Counted from the first letter of the stretch, positions 31,168-40,502 are shown. The stretch is 62,317 nucleotides of DNA from Candidatus Limnocylindrales bacterium (GCA_046707905.1 JBKKDM010000212.1:1-62317), one strand, 5' to 3'. Notes: generated by a model not told the origin, from the letters alone. Translations and numbers: made by a program.

Positions 31168-32142
31168 TCACTCTGAGACAGGTCCGTCGGCGACCTCTCC
31201 CCAGAGGTCATCCCACCCGCCGTCCCTCGACGACTCTGGCTCGCGCGACCATTCCGCCAGGCGCTCGCCGAGCTCTGGTCGGGCGGCGATCAGGGCCCGC
31301 ACGACGAGCTCCACGTTCGCCTCGTCCTGGTTGATCAGGGCGCGTGCGATCGCGCCCGGCAGGTTCCCATCCGCCTCGGGGTCGAACGTCAAGCCGATCT
31401 CGATCGTCTTCGGGTACGGCGGTCTTCCCGCCAGGCTCCGATCGATGCCCTCGATGATGGCGCGCTGGCTCGGCGACTTCACTAGCCGATACGCCGTCTC
31501 TGCGGAGATGACGCCCGCGTCGACGTCGGCAGCGAGAGCGGGAAACGCGTCGAGAGCCAAGGCTCTCTTCATGTTGCGGTGGCCTGTCGCTCTAGAGACG
31601 CCGTAACGGGCGAGGAGCTGATCAATCGTCAGACCGGTTCGATCGTTTCGCGCACCGGCCGCGAGGACGATCCCGTGTCGGTTGCAAGCTCGGATCAGCG
31701 CTCGACCCATCGCGAGTGGCCCGAGCTGTCGGCGATTGAAATTCCTTCGAAACGCTCGGTCGAACTTCCCCTCTTCGGTCAGGTCTAGAACCACTCGCGG
31801 GTAGTCTCCTTGGACCCTGCCCTCGGCGAGCAGCTCCCCCCAGATTTGCTTGCGGGAGTGGCCGTCGATGACGTTCCCGTGCTCGTCCTCCTCGACCGGG
31901 TTCTCTATGCCGTTGGCCGCGATGTCCTCCTTCAGGGACGCGTATAGCGCCGGGGGCAGCGGTTCGAAGACCTGATAGGGGCCGTCCCCGGGCCGGTGTC
32001 GCGGGCTGCCCGCTTCGAGCAGGCGGAGGGCCTCCTCGCTGCGACGGGGCACGAGGCGACGAACCTTGCCGTTCGATCGCACCCTTCGATCCGGCAGCTT
32101 CAGCGTCTGGTCGTTTAGCGTCTGTTCGTCTCGGCCCGCCAT
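31168..32142 (-). CDS. ParB/Srx N-terminal-domain protein with HTH (start uncertain)
   Basis: PLPPALYASLKEDIAANGIENPVEEDEHGNVIDGHSR, NFNRRQL, HTH-like TIDQLLARYGVSRAT. Confidence 0.8.
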   Translation of the reverse strand: MAGRDEQTLNDQTLKLPDRRVRSNGKVRRLVPRRSEEALRLLEAGSPRHRPGDGPYQVFEPLPPALYASLKEDIAANGIENPVEEDEHGNVIDGHSRKQIWGELLAEGRVQGDYPRVVLDLTEEGKFDRAFRRNFNRRQLGPLAMGRALIRACNRHGIVLAAGARNDRTGLTIDQLLARYGVSRATGHRNMKRALALDAFPALAADVDAGVISAETAYRLVKSPSQRAIIEGIDRSLAGRPPYPKTIEIGLTFDPEADGNLPGAIARALINQDEANVELVVRALIAARPELGERLAEWSREPESSRDGGWDDLWGEVADGPVSE

Positions 32143-32187
32143 GGTCACCGAGAATGTTATTCGGGTACCGGCCGCTACCATTCTCCG

Positions 32188-32820
32188 ATGCTCGACGTGA
32201 TCCCCCAGCTGGTCGCGAACGACGGTCGGCGCGGCCTCCTGGCTGCGATCGCGCATCCCGATCGATTCGCGATCGAGCCGAAGATTGACGGTGTTCGCGG
32301 GCTGATCGTCTTCCGCCCGGATGGCGTAATCGAGACCCGGAACCGCCGTGGCGTCGTCCGCGACTGGCAGCGGCACCGACCCTTCGCTGCGGGCCTCCGG
32401 CGGCTTGGTCAGCGGCTCCCGATCCTCTGGGAAGGCACGGTCCTCGACTCCGAGCTAATCGCCGACCGGTTCGCCGGCACGATGGCAGCGCTACAGGGCT
32501 CGGCTCGGCACGGCGACGCCCTGCGCGTCCATGTGTTCGACGTGCCGTACCTCGCTGGCGTAGACCTTCGCGCGTTGTCATGGGAGGCGCGGCGGGAGCG
32601 GCTGGAACTGCTCGCTCAGGCGTTCGAGCCGCCCTACGAGCTGGTTCCTGTCCTGACACCAAATCCCGCCCTCGCAGACGCGATGGTCGATGGGCATCTC
32701 GAGGGGCTGGTCCTGAAGGAACGATCTGCGCGGTATCGCGACGGTTCGCGGGCTGGCTGGTCGAAAGTCAAGGACCCTAGCTGGTACCAGCGCGAGTCCT
32801 GGCGGTTCGCTCGCGGCTAG
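32188..32820 (+). CDS. ATP-dependent ligase adenylation (nucleotidyltransferase) domain without OB domain
   Basis: Motif I EPKIDGVR, III VLDSEL, IIIa VFDV, IV EGLVLK, V WSKVK; ORF ends 15 aa after motif V. Confidence 0.85.
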   Translation: MLDVIPQLVANDGRRGLLAAIAHPDRFAIEPKIDGVRGLIVFRPDGVIETRNRRGVVRDWQRHRPFAAGLRRLGQRLPILWEGTVLDSELIADRFAGTMAALQGSARHGDALRVHVFDVPYLAGVDLRALSWEARRERLELLAQAFEPPYELVPVLTPNPALADAMVDGHLEGLVLKERSARYRDGSRAGWSKVKDPSWYQRESWRFARG

Positions 32821-32850
32821 AAGGCCCTCGCGCACCGGTATCCTCGTCAC

Positions 32851-34407
32851 ATGGCCGAGGAAACGAACGCGCTCTACTACGGCGACAACCTCGACGTTCT
32901 GCGCCGCCACGTCGCTATCGAGTCCGTCGACCTCGTCTACCTCGACCCGCCGTTCAACTCGAACGCCGACTACAACGTCTTGTTCTCGGAGCATGGAGAG
33001 AAGTCGGCCGCCCAGATCGAGGCGTTCACCGACACGTGGGAGTGGAACACCGAAGCCCGGCTGACGTACGAAGAGGTAGTCGAGGCTGGCGGCAAGACGG
33101 CCGAGACGATGCGCGCCTTTCGCACCATGATCCCCGGCTCGGACATGCTGGCCTACCTGGCGATGATGGCGCCCCGGCTGATCGAGCTACATCGCGTCCT
33201 GAAGCCGACGGGCTCGCTGTACCTCCACTGCGACCCGACGGCGAGCCACTATCTGAAGCTGCTGATGGACGCGATATTCGGCGCTGAGAACTATCGAAAC
33301 GAGATCGTCTGGCACTACAACACCGGCGGCAAGGGCAAGAACACCTTCCTGCGAAAGCACGACACGATCCACTGGTACTCGAAGAGTGCCCAGTACACGT
33401 TCAACCGCGACGAAGTCGCGCTTCCCCGGACGCCTGGCACCGCGCATCTTCGGCACGGCGTGACCGAAGACGGGCGCGAGTACTACGAGGACTACTCGCC
33501 TCGGAAGAGCGGCAAGCAGTACCGGTGGTATCTCGACGAAGGCGTCACCCCCATGGACGTCTGGACCGACATCCAGGCGCTGAACCCCATGGCCAAGGAA
33601 CGTCTGGGCTACCCAACACAGAAGCCCGTCGCGCTGCTTGAGCGGATCATCGCGGCTTCCTCCAAGCCCGGCGATCTTGTCCTCGATCCGTTCTGTGGAT
33701 GCGGCACAACGATCGACGCGGCGCAGGCGCTCGGCCGGCGCTGGATCGGGATCGACGTCACTCACCTGTCAATCGGGCTCATCAAGCACAGGCTCGTGGA
33801 CCGCTTCGGACCCGAGATCGGGGAGACCTATCGAACCGTCGGGGAGCCGACCACCACCGATGACGCTCGCGTTCTCGCCAAGGACGACCCGTTCCAGTTC
33901 CAAGCTTGGGCTCTCGGCCTAGCTGGCGCGCGGCAGCCAGGGAGCGACAGGAGGGGCGGCGACAAGGGGATCGACGGCGTCCTCTATTTCCACGACGCTG
34001 AGAGCGGACCGACGCGGCGCATTGTGTTCAGCGTGAAGGCGGGAAAGCTCAATCCTGGATACGTTCGAGACCTTCGCGGCGTGCTCGAACGCGAGGCCGC
34101 CGAGATAGGCGTTCTCCTTTCGTTCGAAGAACCGACTTCCGGAATGAGAGCGGAGGCGGCCGACGCCGGCTTCTTCCTCAGCGGAGCCGGTGACGGCCGT
34201 CTGAAGGAGAACCCGTGGGGACGGAAGTACCCACGATTGCAGCTCCTCACCGTCGGCGAGCTGCTCGACGGTAGGACGGTGGAGTACCCGCACACGGCTG
34301 GGGCGAACGTGACCTTCCGCCGAGCGCCTCGTGCAAGAGGCTCCTCGGCCGAGCAGACCGCGCTGTTCCTCGGCGACCCGTCGAGCGAGGAGAGCTTTCG
34401 AGAATGA
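32851..34407 (+). CDS. Beta-class N4/N6 DNA methyltransferase fused to a C-terminal Mrr-like endonuclease domain
   Basis: LYYGDNL, motif IV DPPF, YPTQKP, motif I DPFCGCGTT; C-terminal DKGIDG..SVKAG..VRDLRG. Confidence 0.88.
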   Translation: MAEETNALYYGDNLDVLRRHVAIESVDLVYLDPPFNSNADYNVLFSEHGEKSAAQIEAFTDTWEWNTEARLTYEEVVEAGGKTAETMRAFRTMIPGSDMLAYLAMMAPRLIELHRVLKPTGSLYLHCDPTASHYLKLLMDAIFGAENYRNEIVWHYNTGGKGKNTFLRKHDTIHWYSKSAQYTFNRDEVALPRTPGTAHLRHGVTEDGREYYEDYSPRKSGKQYRWYLDEGVTPMDVWTDIQALNPMAKERLGYPTQKPVALLERIIAASSKPGDLVLDPFCGCGTTIDAAQALGRRWIGIDVTHLSIGLIKHRLVDRFGPEIGETYRTVGEPTTTDDARVLAKDDPFQFQAWALGLAGARQPGSDRRGGDKGIDGVLYFHDAESGPTRRIVFSVKAGKLNPGYVRDLRGVLEREAAEIGVLLSFEEPTSGMRAEAADAGFFLSGAGDGRLKENPWGRKYPRLQLLTVGELLDGRTVEYPHTAGANVTFRRAPRARGSSAEQTALFLGDPSSEESFRE

Positions 34408-34799
34408 CGGATCGCGAGGCGGCGTGGGACGCCGTCCACGAGGCGCTGCCCGCCCGCTGGACCGTGGGCCAGGCCTCGACGAGTGATCCGCTTACACGCA
34501 CGTGGAGCGTGACAGCGCGAGGCCCGCACCCTGGTCGCGGCAAGGCTCCGCAGACCGTCACCGGGACAGGCGAGGATGAGGTAGCCGCGCTGCGCGACCT
34601 GGACGACCAGCTTCGTGGCCGCGCTGATGCGGGGCTCGGGATGGTCGAGCGACGCAGGCGGCTCCGGCTCGCCTACGTCGACGGCGCCGAGGAATGGTCG
34701 CGGGAGAACATCGGCCGCAGCCTGACAGTCGAGGAGCTAGAGGGTGTACTCCGTCGGTACCCCGGGCCGGTAGCGCCCTCAGCCGATCAACACTCCTAG
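34404..34799 (+). CDS. Hypothetical protein coupled to the MTase
   Basis: ATGA overlap with the MTase stop; WSVTA..VTGTGEDEVAALRDL is weakly HicB/dsRBD-like. Confidence 0.65.
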   Translation: MTDREAAWDAVHEALPARWTVGQASTSDPLTRTWSVTARGPHPGRGKAPQTVTGTGEDEVAALRDLDDQLRGRADAGLGMVERRRRLRLAYVDGAEEWSRENIGRSLTVEELEGVLRRYPGPVAPSADQHS

Positions 34800-35357
34800 G
34801 GCCTGAAAGGCAAGTCCGAGAAGAACAAGGCCGAGGCCCGTCGCGGCCGTACGGAGACCGCCGATCGCAATGCGGGCCCCCTGGCGATCGAGGCGCCGCA
34901 CAGCCTCGTCGACCTTCTCCTCGACCGCCGTAAGGCCGCGCCGCAAGTCCGAGTCGACTGCGCTTCGTCGGTGCATCTCGTCGGCGATCTGCGATGTGAG
35001 TTCTCGGGTGCGACGATCGAGTTCCGCAAGCGCCGCCGCCGTATCGAGAGACGGGTCAAGCGGGGCTGCACCAACGATGCCCTCGGCGGAGAAGGTGGCG
35101 GTGGCCTGGATCGAGCCGCTGCCGCTGACCGTGATCCCGACGGTCGGCGGATACCCCCGCACGCGACGTAGGAAGTTCCCAGCTTCGCCGACGGCCCGTC
35201 GGGCGCGAGCCCTCGCCGCGGTTACGAGCGCGGCGTCGCCGAAGAGGTTCTCCTCGGTGAACTCGTGCCACGTTCTGAGGAGGCCATAACCCGTCACGAT
35301 GATCCCAACGAACTCGACGGCCATGCCCGCGAGGGACCACCAGTTTCCTGCCGTCAT
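34779..35357 (-). CDS. Hypothetical membrane protein (N- and C-terminal TM, central coiled coil)
   Basis: Hydrophobic termini; heptad-like LAELDRRTRELTSQI..VEEKVDEAVRRLD. Confidence 0.65.
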   Translation of the reverse strand: MTAGNWWSLAGMAVEFVGIIVTGYGLLRTWHEFTEENLFGDAALVTAARARARRAVGEAGNFLRRVRGYPPTVGITVSGSGSIQATATFSAEGIVGAAPLDPSLDTAAALAELDRRTRELTSQIADEMHRRSAVDSDLRRGLTAVEEKVDEAVRRLDRQGARIAIGGLRTAATGLGLVLLGLAFQALGVLIG

Positions 35358-35512
35358 CGATCTTCGCAGCCTTCCGTGCGGTTGCTACCGCCGCCCATTG
35401 TCGGGCGGAGCCCTTACTCGCACGGTGCCGGTTAGGGCTCTAACTGTCTAACTAATAGTGCTCGATTCGTGCCGGGTCCTACGTTCGGAAGCACGCCGTT
35501 CTGCGGGCTACT

Positions 35513-35547
35513 CCAGGTCGTAGGTTCGAATCCTACCGCCGGAGCCA
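35513..35547 (+). repeat. attR (duplicated tRNA-Asn 3' end)
   Basis: Exact 35-bp copy of 25473-25507. Confidence 0.95.
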
Positions 35548-35548
35548 T

Positions 35549-36187
35549 TCACCTCCTGTGTTCGGATGGCCGAAACGGCTCATGCTCGTGCGCGAGCCAG
35601 ACCAGGTCGGGGTCGAGCGCGAGGACCAGCGTTCGGCCCTCGGTTGGCGGCTCGTCGAACTCGCCGTGCCAGACCGCCACGTCGCCGCCGATGACGATCG
35701 GCCGCGCGCCAGTCTCGACGACCACCACCTGGGTGCCGGGTGTATGGCCCGGCGCCGGGACGAGCCGTACACCGGGCAGCAGCTCCAGCTCGCCGTCGAC
35801 CGGCACGTACTGAACGCCCGGGGCGTCGACCCATTCGCGAATGGTGTAGCCGTCTTCGCCGCGCGCATCGTCAAGCTCCCGGCGCTGGACGTAGATCGGC
35901 TTCCCGGCGAACAGGTGGTTGCCCCCGCAGTGATCACCGTGGAGGTGGGTGTTGACGACGATGTCGATGCCGGCGACGTCGAAGTCCGGTTGCTCGCTAA
36001 CCGGGATCAGGGTCGGGTTCATGTCGGCCAACAATAGGTGCAGCTCCGTCAAGCCGGTGTCGACGACGACGCGCCCAACGGGGTGATCGATGACGTGCAC
36101 GTAGATCGGCATCAGCTCGCCCTCGACGTGCAGGTCGGCAACGCGGACCGGCGCGACGGTGATCGGGGCGGGGACGTTCACGGTCAT
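35549..36187 (-). CDS. MBL-fold hydrolase (N-acyl homoserine lactonase-like)
   Basis: VVDTG, THLHGDHCGG, PGHTPG, GGD. Confidence 0.85.
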   Translation of the reverse strand: MTVNVPAPITVAPVRVADLHVEGELMPIYVHVIDHPVGRVVVDTGLTELHLLLADMNPTLIPVSEQPDFDVAGIDIVVNTHLHGDHCGGNHLFAGKPIYVQRRELDDARGEDGYTIREWVDAPGVQYVPVDGELELLPGVRLVPAPGHTPGTQVVVVETGARPIVIGGDVAVWHGEFDEPPTEGRTLVLALDPDLVWLAHEHEPFRPSEHRR

Positions 36188-36312
36188 CTCCTGGGCGCGC
36201 GCATGCGCGAGCGGAAGGCCGCATCGATCCTAGGCAATGCGGACGTCGGCAGGGCGATTCGTCCTCGATCGGCACCGCGCGCGGCCGGGAGCCTGGGCTA
36301 GGATCGCCGTGG

Positions 36313-36678
36313 ATGCCACCTGATTCCCGGGTCGACGACTACCTTGCGAAGCTCCCCGCGGAGCAGCAGGAGCTCCTCGGCGCCCTTCGTCGCCGCGTTG
36401 GCGAGCTCGTCCCCGAGGCTGTCGAGACCATCAGCTACGGCATGCCCGCGTTCAAGATCGGCGGGCGCTTCTTCCTCTCGTACGCCGGATGGAAGAAGCA
36501 CTGCTCGATCTACCCCATCGATGACGGCATGCTGGCTCGACACGCGGACGCGGTCCGCGGGTATGGCCACACCAAAGGCGCGCTCCATTTCACCGCTGCG
36601 CAGCCACTGCCGGATGCCCTACTCCAGGACCTCGTTCGGCAGCGCGCGGCAGAGGCTCGCACCCGAGACGGGTACTGA
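36313..36678 (+). CDS. DUF1801/YdhG-like protein
   Basis: VDDYLA..ETISYGMPAF..KKHCSIYP..TKGALHF. Confidence 0.85.
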   Translation: MPPDSRVDDYLAKLPAEQQELLGALRRRVGELVPEAVETISYGMPAFKIGGRFFLSYAGWKKHCSIYPIDDGMLARHADAVRGYGHTKGALHFTAAQPLPDALLQDLVRQRAAEARTRDGY

Positions 36679-36730
36679 ATACGGCGAAAGTCGGGGTTGA
36701 AGGGGCCCGGACGGTGCCTATGCTGCAGCC

Positions 36731-37333
36731 ATGACCGGGGGGTCGTGGGACGACGTTTACCAGAGCGGGAACGCGCCGTGGGACATCGGGCGCCCGCAGC
36801 AGGCGATCCTGCGCGTCGCAGAGGCCGGCGGCCTCCAGGAACCCGTCCTCGACAGCGGCTGCGGCTCCGGCGAGCACGCTCTGATGGCCGCCCAGATGGG
36901 CTTCGAGGCCACGGGCGTCGACATCTCTCGAACCGCGATCGAGCACGCGAGGGCGAAGGCTCGCGCCCGCGGGCTGTCCGTGGACTTCCTGGTTGGTGAC
37001 GTCCTTGCGCTCTCGGAGGTCGATCGCATCCAGCCGCCGTTCCAGACGGTCATCGACATGGGCTGCTTCCACACCTTCGCCAACGCCGACCGGCCGGTCT
37101 ACGCGGCCAGCCTCGCCTCCGTGACGGCGCCCGGCGGCGTGCTCCACCTGCTGTGCTTCTCCGAGCACACGCCGGGGACGGACGGGCCCCGCCGCGTGAC
37201 CCAGGCCGAGCTGCGCCAGGCCTTCTCGCGCGATTGGACCGTCGACACCATCGACTCGGAGATCCTCGCCGTCAACACCCACTGGACCGGCGCCCAACCG
37301 AACGCCTGGCTCGCCCGGCTCACCCGTCGCTGA
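36731..37333 (+). CDS. Class I SAM-dependent methyltransferase
   Basis: PWDIGRPQ, VLDSGCGSGE, GVDIS, DMGCFH. Confidence 0.88.
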   Translation: MTGGSWDDVYQSGNAPWDIGRPQQAILRVAEAGGLQEPVLDSGCGSGEHALMAAQMGFEATGVDISRTAIEHARAKARARGLSVDFLVGDVLALSEVDRIQPPFQTVIDMGCFHTFANADRPVYAASLASVTAPGGVLHLLCFSEHTPGTDGPRRVTQAELRQAFSRDWTVDTIDSEILAVNTHWTGAQPNAWLARLTRR

Positions 37334-37392
37334 GCGGCGGCACCAACCCGCCCAGTCACGAGCCCGACACGTGATTCGGGCATGATCTGCCC

Positions 37393-37827
37393 ATGACAAC
37401 GACCGATCTCGAGGCTCGCCTGCGCGAGCTCACCCCGCTCCAGTACGACGTGACCCAGAAGGGCCAGACGGAGCGCGCCTTCACGGGCGTGTACTGGGAC
37501 AACCACGACGAGGGCACGTACCGCTGCGTCGTCTGCCGGACGCCACTGTTCGATTCCGGGACGAAGTTCGAATCCGGCTCGGGCTGGCCGAGCTTCTACG
37601 ACGTGATCGAGTCCGGGCGCGTCGCGACCAAGGAGGACAACGCCCTCGGGATGCGCCGGATCGAGGCGGTCTGCGCGACCTGCGGAGCGCACCTCGGGCA
37701 CATCTTCCCCGACGGCCCTCGCCCGACTGGCCTGCGGTTCTGCATGAACTCCGCGTCACTGGAGTTCGCGCCGCGCGACGACACCTCCGAGGCTGTCCGA
37801 GGGGCTGCCGCGGAGGGCTCGACGTAG
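37393..37827 (+). CDS. msrB: Peptide-methionine (R)-S-oxide reductase
   Basis: TERAFTG, two Cxx[23 protein letters not shown]. Confidence 0.95.
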   Translation: MTTTDLEARLRELTPLQYDVTQKGQTERAFTGVYWDNHDEGTYRCVVCRTPLFDSGTKFESGSGWPSFYDVIESGRVATKEDNALGMRRIEAVCATCGAHLGHIFPDGPRPTGLRFCMNSASLEFAPRDDTSEAVRGAAAEGST

Positions 37828-37881
37828 GCCTGACCGCCGATCGATCGGCGCGGCCCGCGGGCGCGCCTGCCGATCACGGGG

Positions 37882-39120
37882 CTAGAACCAGGTCGAGCAC
37901 CATGGGGGATCGGCGGTCAGGAGCAGGCTGTCGGCCTCGTTCATCGCGCCTGGTCGGTGCTCCACGTACGGCAGCGTCCGGCTCGCGTCGATCAGCCGGG
38001 TGCCACCGAGTGACGCCGACGACAGGGCGCGGACGTCGATCGTGAGGTCGGCTTTCGCGTCCGTTCGCTCGCAGGCCGCGACGCCACCCCGGACCGCCAG
38101 CCGGTAGCGGCCCTCCGCCGGACCCGGCGCGCCGTCGAGGTCATCGACGACCTCGAGAACCAGCTCGCCATCGTGGTCGTAGCCGCGCTCGCCGAGCACC
38201 CGGGCCACGTCGAGCATCCGGACCCAGAGGAAGTCGGTCAGGCCGCCGACCTGGACCGACCTCGGATCGCCGACGTGCCACTTCAACGGCTCCATCGATC
38301 GGCGGACCTCGGCCTTGATCGTCGCCGTCAGGTCCATCTGCACCAGGTGCCGCCACAGGTCGAGCTCGGCCTGGAGGGTCACGCCGCGCAGCTCGTCGAG
38401 CAGCATCACGTGCTCCGGCGCCATGTCCTGCCAGTTCTCCTCGCCGTGGAACCGGGCAAATCCATCCGGCTCCCCGGCGGCGTCTCGGTGGACCGCGATC
38501 TGGCCCCGCCACCTCGGGCGACCGGGGATCTCCTCGAGCCCGAGGTCGAAGGTCCAGCGCAGCTCCGGCCGGCCGATCTCGCCCGGCTGGCTGGCCGCGC
38601 AGCGGTCATACAGCGCGGGCAGGATCTCGCGGGCCTGTTTGGCGTTCATCAGCTCGATCGACCCGACGGGCTCGACCTGGATCCTGGCCGCGCGCACGCG
38701 GACCGTCCAGGTGGCCTGCCAGGTCGCCGGCCCGTAGCCGAATCGGCCGTAGATTGGCCACTCCGATGCGATCAGTACGCAGACGGCGTCGCCTCGGGCG
38801 GACGCGCGGGCAATGTCGTCGTTGGCCATCTGGCGGAGCGTGCCCCGCCGGCGATGGGTCGGCTTGACGCTCACCGAGGTGACGGCGTTGGCCGGCACGC
38901 GCGCGCCACCGGGGAGGGTCAGCTGGGTCGGAAAGGTCCGGAACGTGCCCACGATCGTGTCGCCATCGAAGGCGGCGATGGTCCGCTCGAAGTCGATGGT
39001 CGCGCGGCGCGCCTCGGCCTGGGCGGCCGGATCGGCCGCCCAGATGTAGAAGGCGCTGGCGAACGCGGCGAACCACGCCTCGAGCTCATCGGGTCGGATC
39101 GGTCGAAGGGTTTGCGGCAT
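37882..39120 (-). CDS. Eis-like GNAT acetyltransferase with SCP2-like C-terminus
   Basis: VSVKPTHRRRG, LIASEWPIYGRFGYG, C-terminal PWCSTWF. Confidence 0.88.
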   Translation of the reverse strand: MPQTLRPIRPDELEAWFAAFASAFYIWAADPAAQAEARRATIDFERTIAAFDGDTIVGTFRTFPTQLTLPGGARVPANAVTSVSVKPTHRRRGTLRQMANDDIARASARGDAVCVLIASEWPIYGRFGYGPATWQATWTVRVRAARIQVEPVGSIELMNAKQAREILPALYDRCAASQPGEIGRPELRWTFDLGLEEIPGRPRWRGQIAVHRDAAGEPDGFARFHGEENWQDMAPEHVMLLDELRGVTLQAELDLWRHLVQMDLTATIKAEVRRSMEPLKWHVGDPRSVQVGGLTDFLWVRMLDVARVLGERGYDHDGELVLEVVDDLDGAPGPAEGRYRLAVRGGVAACERTDAKADLTIDVRALSSASLGGTRLIDASRTLPYVEHRPGAMNEADSLLLTADPPWCSTWF

Positions 39121-39176
39121 GGGCCGGACGATAGCCGCTCCGCCCGATGCGGCGCCTTGTAGCGGACCTGTTGGTG

Positions 39177-39192
39177 TGTAATCATGTAATCA
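39177..39192 (+). promoter_or_regulatory. Tandem direct repeat TGTAATCA x2, candidate operator
   Basis: Perfect AT-rich 8-bp tandem repeat 31 bp before the ATG at 39224. Confidence 0.5.
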
Positions 39193-39223
39193 CGCTTGCA
39201 ACAGGACCTTGAGGAGACACACG

Positions 39224-39754
39224 ATGGGCGAGAAGACGATGGACGAGCTGCGCGGGTGGTTTGCCGGCCGGATCCCCGACGACTGGTTCACGGGCGCGCC
39301 AGAGGTGACCGTCGACCGCGAGGAGATCCTCGTCGTCGGCGAGATCCCGGACGTCAAGGTCGCAAAGGGGGCCGCCGACGCCGAGGCGGCCGCGGCGCGG
39401 GAGTCGCGGGTCGAAGCCTTTCGGGAGGACACCCGGCGCCAGCGGATGGACATCGCGGAGGACGCGCAGCGACGCTTCCGGCGCAACGTGTCGTGGGGTG
39501 CGAAGGTCGGCGGCGAGACCCAACTCTTCACCACAGCGGCCGTGCCGGTCATGACGAGGCTCCGAATGCGCGAGCGGGCCGTGCTCGACACGCTGGTCCA
39601 GGCCGGCGTCTCGCGCAGCCGGAGCGAGGCGCTGGCCTGGTGCGTCCGCCTGGTCGGCGACAACGAGAGCGCCTGGATCGAGAAGCTCCGAGGCGTGCTC
39701 GGGGCGGTCAAGGAAGCTCGCGGCGAGGGTCCCAGCCCCAGCCGCCAGAACTAG
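39224..39754 (+). CDS. Conserved hypothetical protein with RHH-like C-terminus
   Basis: GWFAGRIPDDWF, VDREEI; PVMTRLRMRERAVLDTLVQAGVSRSRSEALAWCV. Confidence 0.8.
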   Translation: MGEKTMDELRGWFAGRIPDDWFTGAPEVTVDREEILVVGEIPDVKVAKGAADAEAAAARESRVEAFREDTRRQRMDIAEDAQRRFRRNVSWGAKVGGETQLFTTAAVPVMTRLRMRERAVLDTLVQAGVSRSRSEALAWCVRLVGDNESAWIEKLRGVLGAVKEARGEGPSPSRQN

Positions 39755-39778
39755 CCGCCAGAGCCAGCCGCCAGAACC
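39740..39778 (+). repeat. 13-bp tandem repeat x3
   Basis: AGCCGCCAGAACT AGCCGCCAGAGCC AGCCGCCAGAACC spanning the stop codon. Confidence 0.7.
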
Positions 39779-39887
39779 AGCGCCGGGGCTGGCCCGACGC
39801 ACCCCCGGCGCCCCATCATGGCGTCGTGGGGCAGGGGACCGCGAGCTCTGCGCGCAAGGAATCGCCGACTCGGCCCGTAGGAAGGCC

Positions 39888-40502
39888 GTGATCGAGAGCG
39901 CCCGTGACCGGGCCGCCGACCAGGCCTACCGGGACCACGCCAACGATGTCTACCGCGTGGCCTACGGGATACTCCGCGATCCCGACGAGGCGCTCGACGC
40001 GACGCATGACACGTTCGCGCGCGCGTGGGAGCGCTGGGACCAGTACGACAGCCAGCGGCCGCTCAAGGGGTGGCTCCACGGGATCGTGGTCCACCTGGCT
40101 CTCGACCAGCTCCGCCGCCGGCGCGTCCGGCGGCTGGCCCTGCCGCACCTCGGCCGGTCGCCGGTCGGCACGCTCGCCACGTCCACCGGGCCAGATCAGG
40201 CGGAGGACATCGCCCGCCGCGAGCTCGTCGACCGAGCGCTCGACGGCCTCCGGCCGCAGGTTCGGGCGACGCTGGTCCTGCGCCACTACTACGGGTACGA
40301 CTACGCCCAGATCGCCTCGATGCTGGGGATGACCAGCGGCACCGTCGGTTCGACCTTGTCGCGGGCCCATGCCGCGATCCGCGCCCGCCTCGAGGCCGAG
40401 GGCGCCGCGGCGCCCGAGCGGGACGATCCCGCCGCCCATCACTCGATCCGAACCCTCGGCGCGCGCGCCGACGCCTCCGAGCCACCCGAGGTGCTGCCAT
40501 GA
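39888..40502 (+). CDS. ECF RNA polymerase sigma factor
   Basis: DVYRVAYGILRDPDEALDATHDTF (r2); LRHYYGYDYAQIASMLGMTSGTVGSTLSRA (r4). Confidence 0.9.
   Translation: MIESARDRAADQAYRDHANDVYRVAYGILRDPDEALDATHDTFARAWERWDQYDSQRPLKGWLHGIVVHLALDQLRRRRVRRLALPHLGRSPVGTLATSTGPDQAEDIARRELVDRALDGLRPQVRATLVLRHYYGYDYAQIASMLGMTSGTVGSTLSRAHAAIRARLEAEGAAAPERDDPAAHHSIRTLGARADASEPPEVLP

Larger units (their letters stand above)
25473..35547. mobile_element. ~10 kb integrative element (phage-satellite-like) inserted at tRNA-Asn
   Basis: Exact 35-bp flanking direct repeat, tyrosine integrase next to attL, phage-like small ORFs, replication gene, MTase cargo. Confidence 0.92.

Noticed and set aside
35513-35547. Second tRNA gene
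   Set aside because: Only the 3' 35 nt are present, with no D or anticodon arm; it is attR
25473-35547. Complete prophage or conjugative ICE
   Set aside because: Too small, with no recognisable capsid, terminase, tail, lysis, relaxase or T4SS genes
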